A stretch of 64,000 nt of DNA, taken from Podarcis cretensis. Taxonomy: Eukaryota. Below the pieces are notes generated by a model, which was not told where the DNA came from, searched no databases, and saw only the letters and a program-made list of their open reading frames with translations. The translations under genes were made by a program, and so were the position numbers. Shown piece after piece: positions 12,386-25,800 of this stretch. Every line of letters starts with the position of its first letter. Position 1 is the stretch's first letter. Where the stretch lies: contig OX638153.1 in the NCBI GenBank assembly GCA_951804945.1, positions 67,890,001 through 67,954,000 on the forward strand, given 5' to 3'.

Positions 12386-14712
12386 TATTTCAAAGGACAA
12401 TCCCTGTCAGCCCAGAAAGTACGGTAAGTCCTATTGAACTTATTATTGGGGTCGGATTGCAGCCTGAATCTCTTCACTCATCCCAGTCTCTCTCCGATAA
12501 TCTACCTCGTTTCTTAAAACACCTGTTACAGCATCAAAGACACACAAGAGAGATTCTTTATTACGGTATGAAACAGTGCTCTAACAGCAGCAAAATAATG
12601 TGGATGTATGTCATATGACACAAAGAATGGATGACCAACCTGCAGGACAAGTAGCACAGGCAAGACCAAGTCTGTGACACTCAGAGATAAGGAGGGCCCT
12701 TGGGCTTGGCTATGTTGTGCTGCTGCCGTTCCACAGTCTAATAATCGACTAGAGACAGTATCAACCATGTAATTACCAGGTTCAAATTATGAATTTTCCC
12801 AGGTTCAGGTGCAAGATAAATTGATGTTGTTTTGCTAAGAAATTTTTCTGCAGTTCAGAATGGAAGGTTCTGCACATGTGCAGAGTGCTTCTTAAGTCTT
12901 CTTTTTAAAAAAGTGTAGCAGCCTTAAGAATCAGTTAAGAACTCTTGGGGAAAGGAATCCCCTCTACTCCTCCCCCAGTAGTGCTAAAACATACCTGCAT
13001 TAGTGATGCAATGCTTAATAGATTAATCTGTAAGATTATTCAAAGGTCTTTCAATAGACTAAAAAAGTACTTCTGATTTACAAAGCTGAATATCAGATCA
13101 TGCCTCCTACAACTCCATTATTTCTGACCTCAGATATGTTTTACTCTTGTGCAAGTTTAATCAATGAATAGGCTGAAACCCATAAGATTAAGTCGTTAAA
13201 TTTCTTTAATTTGCGCACAGCCCAAATCTATACATTTGTTTTCAACATCAATTACTTTTCCTCCTGGAAAGAGTAAGTTAAATTACCACATATCTTTTCA
13301 TGGTGCAATATATACTTTTCTATTACAACTTTTTAGCGATGTCTAAAGACTGAAAAGGCCCTTTTTATGCAGAGTATTCCTGTGCATATTAGCTCAGAAG
13401 TAAATCGCAGTGGAGTTTACTCCTTAGAAACTATGCTTAGTATTGCAGTCTTAGCTAGCTTATATACAGCCCAAGTACTTTTAATGTTACATATGTTTTT
13501 GTTAAAATTATGCAGTAGGTTACAAAGCTTAATCTGCTTCCTCACATTTTAAAGCTGAAGTAGGGTATGACTGGTATGAGAGAAAATTACATCTTGATGC
13601 TTCCAAAATAGATCACATATGTTTGAGAAAGTGCTGTAGTTATTTCTGTATGAACTAGTTGGCTGCTCCCCTTTGGGCTTAATTCTGAATCTGTTCATTT
13701 ATACAACATTGGGGGACTGATTTAAGCTAGCAATATAAATCAAGATTTAAATCACCAAGTGGAAAACCTCAGCTTAAAATGTTGATGTTGGTCCAGCATT
13801 CTATTTATACTTCAGTAATGATAATAAAGAACATTGATTTACAAGTTAAATAGGACCTCTGCACTATATTTTGTTCATATTTGCTAACTAGGAGGGCACA
13901 CCAACTATATACACATTTGTGAAATATTTCATTTATTGTGCATTTTAGCTTTTTAATAACTGATGCATAGCACCAAAGCCCTAAAATATTATGTATTGGT
14001 GTGTGTGCCTCGGCATGGCCCCATAGTTAAGTGATCTAGAATGGGCCACTAGATCACATGCTCCTTTCCCCCGTTCCTCCTCCAGAAAAGAAAAGAAAAA
14101 CATTTCCATGCCCTTACAGCAACATTAACTTTGGTTAATTCTAACCAGATTCCCTCTTAAATGATCAGGATTTGCTTACCAGCTTCAATCTTTGGTTTCA
14201 GATCTAGTCAGTATTAACCTAATCCAGAGAAGTATTATCCTAATCCAGAGAAGTATCGGCTGGCTAGTGAGGGTAAAAGAGGAAGCCTATTCCCAATAAC
14301 TGTCAATAACAGCCAGTCCAATTAAAAAAAAAAAAACAATTAAGATTTATGGGGCTGCATAATGTTAGTATAGACATGACACTGAGTAGTTGAGAGATTC
14401 TTCTGACAACACTTAAATGTAGAGAATAGTCTTTTCTTTGCCTGATAATGCTCATGAGATGCAACATATTTCGATGATATACAGGCAATGTGGCAATGCG
14501 CACATGTGCAGTCACACATTCTTTGAAGGTGTGAAAAACGGGAGTTGCCTGTACTAAAATTATATTCATATCACAATGCATGAAACTAGCTTTAAAATAA
14601 TGTACTACAAGTCATGGAACAAAAATTTAAATATAAGGATTTAAAAGAGAAAATAAATATGTATATTTGTATTGTACAATGTGATTCAATTCACATGTCC
14701 CCTGTAACACAC

Positions 14713-14941
14713 TACGGTGGTAGTGTACTTAAGTACTTCATTCGTTCTGGAGATCCGTTCTTAACCTGAAACTGTTCTTAACCTGAAGCACCACTTTAGC
14801 TAATGGGGCCTCCTGCTGCTGCCACGCCGCCAGAGCACGATTTCTGTTCTCGTCCTGAAGCAAAGTTCTTAACCTGAAGCACTATTTCTGGGTTAGCGGA
14901 GTCTGTAACCCGAAGTGTATGTAACCCGAGGTACCACTGTA
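14713..14941 (+). mobile_element. Tc1/mariner-type MITE, family A
   Basis: Same body as the 2.2-kb and 34-kb copies; ends GAGGTACCACTG|TA. Confidence 0.87.
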
Positions 14942-16650
14942 TTAATTACTGAATGGCAATGTGCTGAAATTCAGAGCACCTGAGCCAGCCTTTGTCACCC
15001 ACAGAAAGTAAGTTATGTGCCTCTGTGACAGCAAAAACATAGCTTACTCCTGATATATTTATAATAGAATCCTATGCAAATGGGAATCTATCCTGCTTTG
15101 CTCTGTCCCATTTTAATACTTCACAAAGGGCTGGACTCACATAGTTGGCTGTATGTAATTTGAATTGTTTCCAGTCTTAACCGACAGCACCCATATTAGT
15201 TTTTCTGGATATTGCTGGAACTGTGGCAAAGCCCCATCCTTTTGCTCTTCTTACACAGGGCACATCTGTTAGCTACTACAACATAGCACTACTAGTCCCA
15301 AACTTACATTAATGTGCTTACTCAAACATTTCAATAAGCACATCCAGGACTGAAATGTCAAAATTCAGTAATATCCTAAGGGTTGATTGCATAAAAGAAC
15401 AACAATTTTGTTAGCACTTAATGAATGGTGGTTTCAAACTTCCAGATATACCCCCTCCATATATTTAATACTATTCCTTGGCTCTTACAGAGTGGCTTTC
15501 CAGAAGATGCAGGGGAGCAATTCTTAGGCCCCAACCTATGAATTTTAAAAAATTAAATAACTTGCCATTTCCAACTCAACTTCCTATATTCTTTTTCACA
15601 TTCCGCTTTTATTGTGGTATAAATGCCAGCCTCTTTCCCACTCAAGGGAAATTTATTGTTATTAATAAATTTAAGCATGCTGCACGTGCAGCACATTAAT
15701 CTACCCACACCCTCATCCATTCTGGTGCAACAACAAGATTATACAAGGTCAAACACTGAGTTTGAAATCTAATTAGAGAGGAACTTTTCAAAATTGTTCT
15801 GTTTGAGGACATGCCCCAAGGAATTCAGAGGCAATTTTAAACTTTGCATGCACATCTGCGTTTTACAGTTATAAACCAGAGAGCAACAATAGTATGGCAC
15901 ACCTTGCATCAGCCAGCTCTATGCAATCAAGTAAGATATTCTACTGCCAAGCTTAAAATCTCCTTCTAGGAGATTGAGGGTCACAATGGATGTTTTAAAC
16001 GAAATTACTAAAAGGAGTGAGTGGTGCTATTCATAGCAAGACTGTCTTAAAATTATTTAAGGATGGTTAGGGAAACTGGCAACTATATCCTAAACATTTG
16101 CACTGGTGTGTCTGCCTGTAACTTCATACTCTGCGGCCTAGTGCTAGGGCTGCACTTGTCATATTGTATTCAACACGCTTATTTATAGATGCAGCAAATG
16201 TTGCCCGATTCTAAGAAGGAGCAGCTTAAGTATCCTAAGTAGTTGTGAAAAATAGCAATGAGTGAATTCATTACTAACTACTTAAGACAGCTTTATTTAT
16301 TCTGCAATTATTTCCTGAACAAAAGATGTGTGCTGTTTTTAAAATAAGTTCTAAATGTTGCTATCTTTGATTTTCTTTTTAAAGCTCCCCCCCTTTAAAA
16401 GACAAATCAAAGAATTACTGCACAGCAGCAGGTTATTTCTGGCTCTTCTACAATTATTAATCTTGTTACAACACTAACAAGTGGGAACATAAGCAAAGAA
16501 GAAAACACACACACATACAACTCAGGACAGCTATTTTCTGGAAAAATTCCTGAGAGGTATCAGTGTTCAGCTACGGGAGCAAAAACAGTCTTGTGATACT
16601 GCATCATATGTCATCTGATCCGATGCCACAATGAATCTGTTAGGGTAGGA

Positions 16651-16786
16651 CAGGCATAGACAAACTCGGCCCTCCAGATGTTTTGAGACTACAATTCCCA
16701 TCATCCCCGACCACTGGTCCTGTTAGCTAGGGATGGTGGGAGTTGTAGTCTCAAAACATCTGGAGGGCCGAGTTTGCTTATGCCTG
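16651..16786. mobile_element. Palindromic hAT MITE (136 bp)
   Basis: CAGGCATA...TATGCCTG termini, long inverted arms, perfect 8-bp TSD GGGTAGGA (16643-16650, 16787-16794). Confidence 0.88.
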
Positions 16787-19700
16787 GGGTAGGACATGGC
16801 CATCAAGGTATCCTGCATATGTTTTGAACTACAACTCCCATCAGTCTTAACCAGCAGAACCATACTGGATGGGGCTAGTAAAAGTTGCCGTTCAAAACAT
16901 CTGCAAGGCACCAAGTTCTTCAATACTGTTTTAGAGTGACAGCCAACGTTCAATAAGCAAACTAGTGCTCATGAAACAAAATTCCCTCTTTGCTTCCGAG
17001 ACCCTCCCCGTATCTGCTCCAGTGAGTGCCCTAAGAGTAGACTTGAGGGGGAGGGGACTGCAGGGAAGTGAGGAAGTCCTGCACCAGCAGAAGTCCATTT
17101 TGGTTGCGGGCAGCTAACATAGGATGCGACTATTAGTCTTTAAAGTGCCACAATCCTCAGTGGTGATGTTCTCTGCATCAGTTCTAGAAACGAGCCAGGA
17201 TAATTTTGCACCTGGCTTACTGACCACTTGTGACCAAATGAAGATGTCTGAGAGCCAGGATGGCGCCTGACACCACCACCTGGATATGCATACCTGGGGA
17301 TCATTGGACTTTGACTGTTTTCACACACTAATACCACATCCTATAGAATTATATCAGTTATATTTTTATCTGCACAATCAGAATGAATTTCAGGAACCAA
17401 AAAGCCATATTGAAAAATACAACTTTAGAGCTGCCTTGCCCCCAAATGGCAACTAGACATTCCATTTTGGCAAATGTAACCTTTATTTAAGGAGCCTTTT
17501 AGTGCCTAGCTTATATACAGTACCTGAGTTTATAACACTGCTTTGGTTGAAGGAAAGTTGATCATATAATCTTAACCATACTGGTATCTCTCTCTGTTGA
17601 AAAATGTGATTTGTGTTTCCCTACCATGCCACAAAACCTAAAGTAATGAACCATCATTACTAATACCTGCAGCAGTAGCATGTACTCTCAACATCAATGA
17701 GATCTAGTTTCAATGTGACTTGAAATTAGAATTGATTTGTCACAGGACTTGAATCTTCCAGAGCCCTTGAGCAAGTTTATAATGTCATACAAAATCAAAC
17801 CTTACTACTCCTTTTAATCAGTAGTAATGTTTGAATCATGAATAAGCTTGTGAGGATGCTACTAGGATTCTTAAAGAACTAAAACAGAAATTATTACAGT
17901 CAGTTTAAAGGTAAAGCAATAGTTTTATTAGCACAATTTAATAGGGACCCAACATTAAAAATGTAAGCCATTTTATAATGTGAAAAATGACTGCCTTTCC
18001 ACTTTCAATGAAACACATTAGGAATCTAGACATTTCAGAGGTGGGGCATTCTTGACATAACTTCACAGAAAGTGAAGCCCTGGGTTTGAAAGTGATAATA
18101 AGAAAAACACTCTTAAGAAACCATATTTTCATGTAACACAGGAATAACCAATGAACATATAGGTTAAACTTCTTTTGAACAAAGCACAACATTTAACTGT
18201 TGTTCACTGTATAATTTGTGTATATTGGAAAACAGACATGTACAGAAACAGAACAAATAATGGTTGAGATCCAAAGGCTATCCCCTGAAAAGTTGCACCA
18301 AAAGGTCATCAGATTATCCAGAACAGCTTTCCATGAGGCTAGAAGGGTGTACACATAGGGATCTACAGATCCCAGCCAATGTTAAAGGAACATAATGTTG
18401 GATGTTTTTCATTTCCACTTAGCAAATTTGAGAACTTACTGAACACGTCAGACAGACATCACTTTAACATTTCAGGATCTGTACTTAAATACCACAATTA
18501 CATTATTATTATTATTATCACTATTGGGAAACATTACAACTGGAGATGCAAAATACTATGCCAACTGACCGATTTATAATATAATCACTTTGTGCCATAG
18601 GAGAAACACCTACTTGTTCTGCCAGACAAACACTAAAAAAAACAATGACAAAATTCATCTTCAATAATAACAAGCAACTGTTATGTGGTTCTGCTATAAT
18701 TCACAAAGTTACTATCCTACGGATTCGCCTGAATCTTGCTGAAGTCAAAGAAATTTAAGCACCTAACTCTGTGCAGAAATGGAACCCATAAATGTAACAC
18801 TAGGAGCCTATATTCCAAAGCTACAATATTACATTGTGTTCTTCCCAAAGACTGACAACATGAACCTCAACCAAGTATAAAAGATGTTCCTGATAAAATT
18901 ATTTCAGCAGAGTCAAATTTAAGGCTACTATTCTCAACAGCTGCTATGGACAACTTAATAGGACTGTGTTAAAAAACAGGCGGTTTCAAATATACCTGTT
19001 TATAACAACTGATCTGTCTGTGCAGAAACTGTTCTCTTCTGTTAAAATTCCACAGATTAAAGAAATTAGTAATTTAGGTTTTTTTTAAGAAGAGCCAAAA
19101 GCAACAATTTCCTCAAAAATTCAGTTAAATTTTCTCCAGAGCATGAATCCCATCATTAACGGATTATAAAAAAACATTATTCTACTATAAATATAAACCA
19201 GTACATAAGCTTGATTGATAAAAATGTATAAGAGCCCAGTGTTGGAAATGCTTTTGTCCACTCCCCAAGTAATTATAATGAACATTCAACAAGCTAAATT
19301 GCTTGCAACCACATAATTCCACTCCTCATTCACCTTCGTCTTGCACTGGAGGCCCTTGTTATCAGTCTCTCATTACTACCAGGTGCAATTATTTGTCATG
19401 CTGGACCCTCAGCCAGTATCAAAAAAATGTCCCCAACTCCTGGGCCTTATGGTCACTTTTGCAGGGTCTACAGCACTGGTCTTCAACTGGTGGGTCAGGA
19501 CCCAGCAGAGGACTGGGACCTAATCCAATGTGGGTCACAACAGGAGCACTGCTACCATTCAAATATATGGTAAAAGATTAAGAAATAGGTCCCCAAATGC
19601 ATGTATATGTTAAAAGCGGTCCCTGGAACTGAAAAGGCTGATGATACCTGGACTAGAGAGTTTGAGTCATGTTTATACTCTTAAGTTGATTCATGCACTT

Positions 19701-20619
19701 CAAAACGAAAGAGGAAACATATTCCAAACATATTCCAGGTGACCTAATGGGAGGCATCTGATGCTTCACACTTTTCCACAAGAGCATTTTACGTCTTTAA
19801 AATTTTATAGTATAACCCGATCCAGAGAACTCTTCTATAAAATGGAATCGGTTGACCCAAGTACTTTAAACCAATTTGGCTGTAGACCAGATTATGAACA
19901 TGCCAACCTAAAATACTACTTCTGTCCATCATATTGGTTCATTTCTCTTATTACCATTTGCAACAGAAATGTTGTCTAAAGTAGCTGCATTTTCTCCAGA
20001 AACAAATCTTATATGGGACTTTAGACCCAATGTTACTTAGCAGTATATTTTCAGAAACTCCAGGTTTACAAACTGCAAAACAGATAAAAAATATCACTCT
20101 GTGCAAAACTCAAAAAAAAATCTTTAAAAAGAAACACCCTGTATGTACAGGATACATATAGGTACATATTTTTTGCAGAGCAGCTAGCACCATTTGTCCC
20201 AGTTTTCAAGAGGGATGCATTAGACCAGATCAAATCAGTTTACCAGAGGAAGGATAATTGCTGTATACAAAGAACCTTGTGATTCACCCTCAATCTCATT
20301 ATTTACTACTGCGATATTCCGGCTTTAAAAAAATAGGCACAGGCCTACTCATCTACGGTATTTATTAAAACAACCTAGCAACCAAGAAGCGTTAGATTGA
20401 TTTATGTAGTAGCTGCATGAACGCAAACCGGGGCCCTTTGCGTACAGGGCAATTTTGCAAGAGAAAAGCAAACACGCTTTCATTCCTGTACCACCAAGAA
20501 ACCGGCTTAACTAACCTGACGACAGACTCTGGCCGCTCAAAGCCCCAAAAGGCTGCCTTTAAAAAAATAAGAAAGAAAGAGAACGAACTAGCAGCAGTTC
20601 CGGATTCGAGGAGGTCCCT

Positions 20620-21780
20620 CCTTTCCTCCCTCTCCCAGCGCCGATGGAGGATCCCCAAGGCGAAGCAAAGTTTTCCTGGAGCCCCACAAGGACAACAATG
20701 CCGCCGCCCCGCCCCCCCCCCCCCGAGCAGGAGCCGCCAAGGCGCCTGGCAGGGACCCCTTTGCTTCCCACCCCCGACCTCCGCCCTCCCTCCGTCCCTC
20801 CCCTAACCGACTCCCGGCTCGGCGGCCACAGTCACAAAGGTCGGCTGGAGCCGCGCACTTCAGCCGCGGGCGCGGAAGGCATAATAAAGGAGAGAGGAAG
20901 AAGGCGGGGCGGAGAGGGGAAGAAATCCGCCTCCATCCAGCAGGGCACGTCAGGGGCCGTCGAACCCGTGTCGAGGCATCCCGAGGACACACCCTGAGGG
21001 TCAAGCGGCCGCAGCCACCCAGCGGGGGCCGAGGAGGCCTCAAGGGCCCCGGGGCCCGAGCTCCACAGACAGAGGACCCCCCCTCCTCCTGGCCGCCAAC
21101 GCCTCCCGCGCCCGGGAAGCCGAAGCGCCAAGGCTCCCTCGGAAAGGCCTCCTCAGGCGCCGCAACACGGCGAGCTGCGGCCCTCAAGGCCCCGGCAGTA
21201 CCTTCGCTCCGCGGCGGGCCGGGGGGCTGGCAAGCAGGCAGGCAGGCAGGCAGGCGGCGGCAGCGGCGGCTACCCCCACCCAGTCGGCGTCGTGGTGGTG
21301 CTGCGGCGGCGGCGGCGGCTCTCGGTGTGGGCCTCGGCCGGCGCTCCTCTCCCCGGCTGGGTTCGCCTACGGCCTTCGGCTCGCTCGGTGTCGGCCTGGC
21401 TGGCCCCTCCCCCGCCCCGCGGTCCTGGCTGCGCAGCGGCCCCTGCTCTTCCTTTCCCTTCTCGCTCGCTCTCGCTCTCCTCTTCCCTTCCCAGCCCGGC
21501 GGCGGATACTACTGACCCGACGAGCAGCTGCGGCGGAGCAGGAGAAAGCCCCGCGCCCAGCTCGGCAGGCGACTCGCGGCTGCCCCCTGCGGCCTGGCGG
21601 GATCCGCGCAGCCGACGCCGCAGCCCTCGGGCCTGCCAGGCGCCCTTCAACGCCGGCCAATGTTCTCGGAACGCGAAGGAGATCGGGGACAATGGGGGAA
21701 AGGAATGCCTCTGAGCATGGGCAGACGCCGGGGGAGGGGGGCGGGCGCGGCCTTTCCTTCGTAAATCGTAGGGCGTGCTT
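20620..21780 (-). promoter_or_regulatory. CpG island; probable promoter and non-coding first exon of an unidentified minus-strand gene
   Basis: Very high GC and CpG density against an AT-rich background; GC boxes near 21737-21750; CCAAT 21657-21661; minus-strand donor AAG|GTACTG at 21202/21201; no minus-strand ATG between 21202 and 21700. Confidence 0.75.
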
Positions 21781-22526
21781 AAGCTATGTGAAAGCCTTTC
21801 CAGGCTCTTGACCTAATAATAATAATAATATCCCCAAAGATACATGTGCTATGCGAGATTGAAATCTGCACATGCTCTAGGTCACAGTGAGATCGCTGAA
21901 CATTTTACGGTGCTCTACCTGGTGCTTGCTGGCTCTCTTTGCAAAGAATGCTGGATTAGGTGGGATTTCGTCAGATTTCAAAATTCTTAGCGTTTACGTA
22001 GTCGAAAGAACTCTCCCTCACTGAACACGGCTTTATTGAACAGTTTCTGTACGGGCTTAGACACATTAGTCTCTAATCAGCGATTAGCAATGCTTTAACT
22101 GTTAAATCGCATCTGCAATAAAAATTCAGAAAGCAGCAGCAGACCTGGAAATTCAGCAGCAATTTTTAGTGACACATCTCAACCCGTCATCCTGTTTGGA
22201 AAAAAATAGCAGGGCCTCTGAGCATATATAAAGAGCATTTCCCCCGGTGTGTGCAGTCTGCTCCAATGCGAAAAGTAAACCCTACTGCTTTAGAAGTGTC
22301 TTACTCCCAGGCCAAATGTGCATTCAGTTGCAGAAAAGAGCAGATACACTTTGTGACTTGATACACTTTGTGACTTGGGAGAGGTTTTCCTTCAATCCAA
22401 GACCGAAAGGACGAGGCTGGTGAGTTTCCAGATACTTAAAGTAGCATGATAGCCCTATGTTCACCAATGGTATGCCCGTATTTCTATCCATCTATGGTCT
22501 CTGGACAAATCTGTTTTACAGGTTTA

Positions 22527-22890
22527 GGGACGCAGGTGGCGCTGTGGGTTAAAGCCTCAGCGCCTAGGACTTGCCGATCGAAAGGTCGGCGGTTCGAATC
22601 CCTGCGGCGGGGTGCGCTCCCGCTGCTCGGTCCCAGCGCCTGCCAACCTAGCAGTTCAAAAGCACCTCCGGGTGCAAGTAGATAAATAGGGACCGCTTAC
22701 CAGCGGGAAGGTAAACGGCGTTTCCGTGTGCGGCTCTGGCTCGCCAGAGCAGCGATGTCACGCTGGCCACGTGACCCGGAAGTGTCTCCGGACAGCGCTG
22801 GCCCCTGGCCTCTTAAGTGAGATGGGCGCACAACCCCAGAGTCTGTCAAGACTGGCCCGTACGGGCAGGGGTACCTTTACCTTTACCTTT
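22527..22890 (+). mobile_element. Sauria SINE, full length, young subfamily
   Basis: tRNA-like head (GGTGGCGCTGTGG...GGTTCGAATCC), CpG-rich body, (ACCTTT)n tail. Confidence 0.92.
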
Positions 22891-25800
22891 AATGCTGCAG
22901 AAACCTGTTTGGTCAGAAGTTTTAAGTTGTGTGCCTGAGGCAGTGACGGTTCTAACATAATGCCTTCCAGTCTCTGAAAAGCTATCCAGCACACAGAATG
23001 TAAGAACAGGTGTGGTACAATCGAAAGAGGCTTGGGGGAAATGAACAGGGGTTTAAAAACCTGCTGAAGCTCACATAAGGGAGTGTTTACTGGTCTAGGA
23101 GACCCCTCTTCCTTTTATTCTAACACCCTACACCTATAGCTATTCTCCCCCACCCACCCAGATGTGTAAGCAATTTAATGTGCAGCAGGGAAGGACAATA
23201 TAAACTGTTTTGGGGTGGTTGTTTTTTAAGCAAACCAGTCATGGTCCACAACAAATTCTATGACTGCTCACACACTGTACATTTAAGACATATCTGCCAT
23301 GTCCCCAAAGAATCCTGGGAACTGTAGTTTAACCCTCACAGAGTTAAATTCTGCTTGATTGTAAAAAAAACAAAACCCAAAGCAGTTAATAAACTTCACT
23401 TCCCAGTACCTTTAACCAACAATAGTTCCCAGGATTCTTGGGTGTGTGTACTTTAAATGGATGGTGTGTATGCAGACTGTGATATCTATAAGGAACTAGA
23501 GTTGTCTTTGTAAGGAAGGGTTATTCCTTGCAGCACATGGCTACTGTGGAACTCCTTATGAAAGCACATGAAAGGAGATGTTTTTTTAATTCTGTCTGTG
23601 TTCCCCTGCTGAGAGCCAGCAGAACTCAAAGCACATCAGGGCCAAACTAGATACATGTTTTCAAAGAGATTGCATTTCCTGCATCTGCTCAAACTGCTTT
23701 GTGCTAAATTTGGATTTGTGGGTTGTTATCATTCTCACTGTTGGCTTCTGAATACAAGGGCAAACCCCAGAGGGCATGTTCCAGCCTCCTAAATCCCACT
23801 GGTTTCAACAGGAAGGTGAACAGTGCAATGCTATACATGCCTACTTGAAAGTAAGTCCCATAGGGTTCAATGGAGATTGTCTACACTGACTGTCAGAGGC
23901 TCATCAGGGGACATTCCCAGCCCTACCTGGAAATGGCAGCAATTGAACCTGGCATCATCTACATGCACAGCAGGCAGTCTACAATGAGCTATGGCTTCAC
24001 ATTGCTTGGATCATGCCCATATATATATGTATATATTTAAACAATTTCCTTGCTGAAAGAAAAGGCAACTAGGGAGTTCACTTTCAATGGCCCCCCCAAA
24101 TAAAGTGAAAAATACGTTTTAGCCTCTAGGAGGACATTACTAACCAGGTGTGTTTAAGCAATGTGGGGCTCAGACTGTTGTTTTTAACCTACCACTTTAT
24201 TCGCTCTGTTTGTGAGAGAGTGGCAAATGCTTTCAAAGGCAACGTTGCAAAGGGTGTGGATGCATGATTGAAAGCTACACTAGCTTGTAATTATGTTAAA
24301 ACTTTCAAGTTTAAACAGATAATTTACTTGGAATTTAATGGGTGAAGCACGTACTAGAGTCAAAGAGAAACAGGGGTGATTCATTTTCAGAGTCTTGACT
24401 TTCAAACATTCAGCTGTCATCGCCCTCTCCCCATGTTTATTAAAAAGAATTAAAAATGTGTTAGAACAGTAGGAGGGATCCTAAGGGTTATCTGATCCAA
24501 CCTCCTGCAATGCGGGAATCTCAACTAGATCATACATGACAAATGGCCACCCAACATCTGCTTAAAAACCGTTCAGAAATCAGTGCCTGAGCTTTGATTT
24601 CATCCCTGTCCCTTTTCCCTTACATGTTGCAATTTTTAAGATTGCAAGCTTGTAGGTGGGGACTGTCCTGTTTAGATTGTGCATAAACCACTGTGGAATG
24701 AATGGATGGATGGATGAAGAAATAAATAAGAAAGGCTTAAGAGGAACGACCAGCCACTCTGGGAGGCTTCCTGGCTGAAGAGCGGGGTAATGAAGACTCT
24801 AAAGAAATAATTTAATGCCTGGGAAAATGGGGATGTTTTAAAATTTATCCCAAAAGTTGAGAGAGACCGATGCACATCACAAGGGAGGAGTACTGCTGCT
24901 GCTACTGCTGCTGCTACTACAGCTACAGATCAAGCAATTTTAATGCCAGGGTATTAAACCTCTGGCACAGGTGGTGGGTGTGACTGTGGACCTCCAGGTC
25001 TCCCAATCTGGCCTCTGGGACTCTTCTCAGACCAGACCCATCAGCAGGTTACACTGCTCCACAGCTCTGCTCTGCGCTCTCTGGATGCAGGATAGGGAGA
25101 GGTGTGTGACTATATGGAAAACCCTCTGTTTGCATAGGTGGAATATAGCCTTCTGTGCAAATATGTAAGAGTCACACCTGCTGTTCCACCCACTTCTGCA
25201 TCTGGCTTCATACACACCTGGCATGCTGCCTGCAGAAGGTTGCCCATGAGGAAATGTGGCCCATGGGCTCAAAATGTTTCCCTGCTTCTGCTTTAATGCT
25301 TATGTGGAATCATTATGTGCTCTCTGTACTAGGTTTTGGGGGAAAGCTACAGGTTGAAATGGTGTCAGCTAGGACCAGAAAGGAATGACTGATCTCTGGA
25401 AACACTGAATCAGAAGGCTCCCCCCACCACCACCCTTCATGTGCTTTTTTCTTGCCAAGATGACATTTTTGCTGCTTTGCCATCCCACAGCATCAGTTGG
25501 GGAATTGTTCTTTGAGACACTCCCTCTGTCACATGCTGGTTTTAATTAAATAATATTCCCAGAGCAATACAATGTGTAAATTACAGTGATGTTTTTGTTC
25601 AGCTGAAGCAGTTGCTTTGTGAAATTGCATGAATGAAGTGCCATGTAAAATCAGGTTTGCAGCCTAGACAAAGTCACACTGAAATATGACTAGCAGCAGG
25701 TGACGCCTGCCTTGAAAGAACAAGTGAAAAGTCCTCTGAAAGATACATGTCAGTACACCTCAATTTACCACACAGCAATGGCCATTTTGCACAGCTTTTT

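Noticed and set aside
1-20400. Naming the minus-strand gene
   Set aside because: I found no coding exon that I could recognise, so any symbol would be a guess.
20392-21714. Many overlapping 100-200 aa ORFs on both strands in the CpG island
   Set aside because: Low-complexity Arg/Gly/Pro/Ala translations are expected from stop-poor GC-rich DNA; no recognisable domain, and many use non-ATG starts.
14218-22377. Short tandem duplications (21 bp at about 14218, 11 bp at about 19716, 17 bp at about 22344)
   Set aside because: Ordinary slippage-type two-copy duplications with no further structure.
22527-22610. tRNA gene
   Set aside because: A/B-box-like head continues directly into a Sauria SINE body; the same applies to the other tRNA-like heads in the window.
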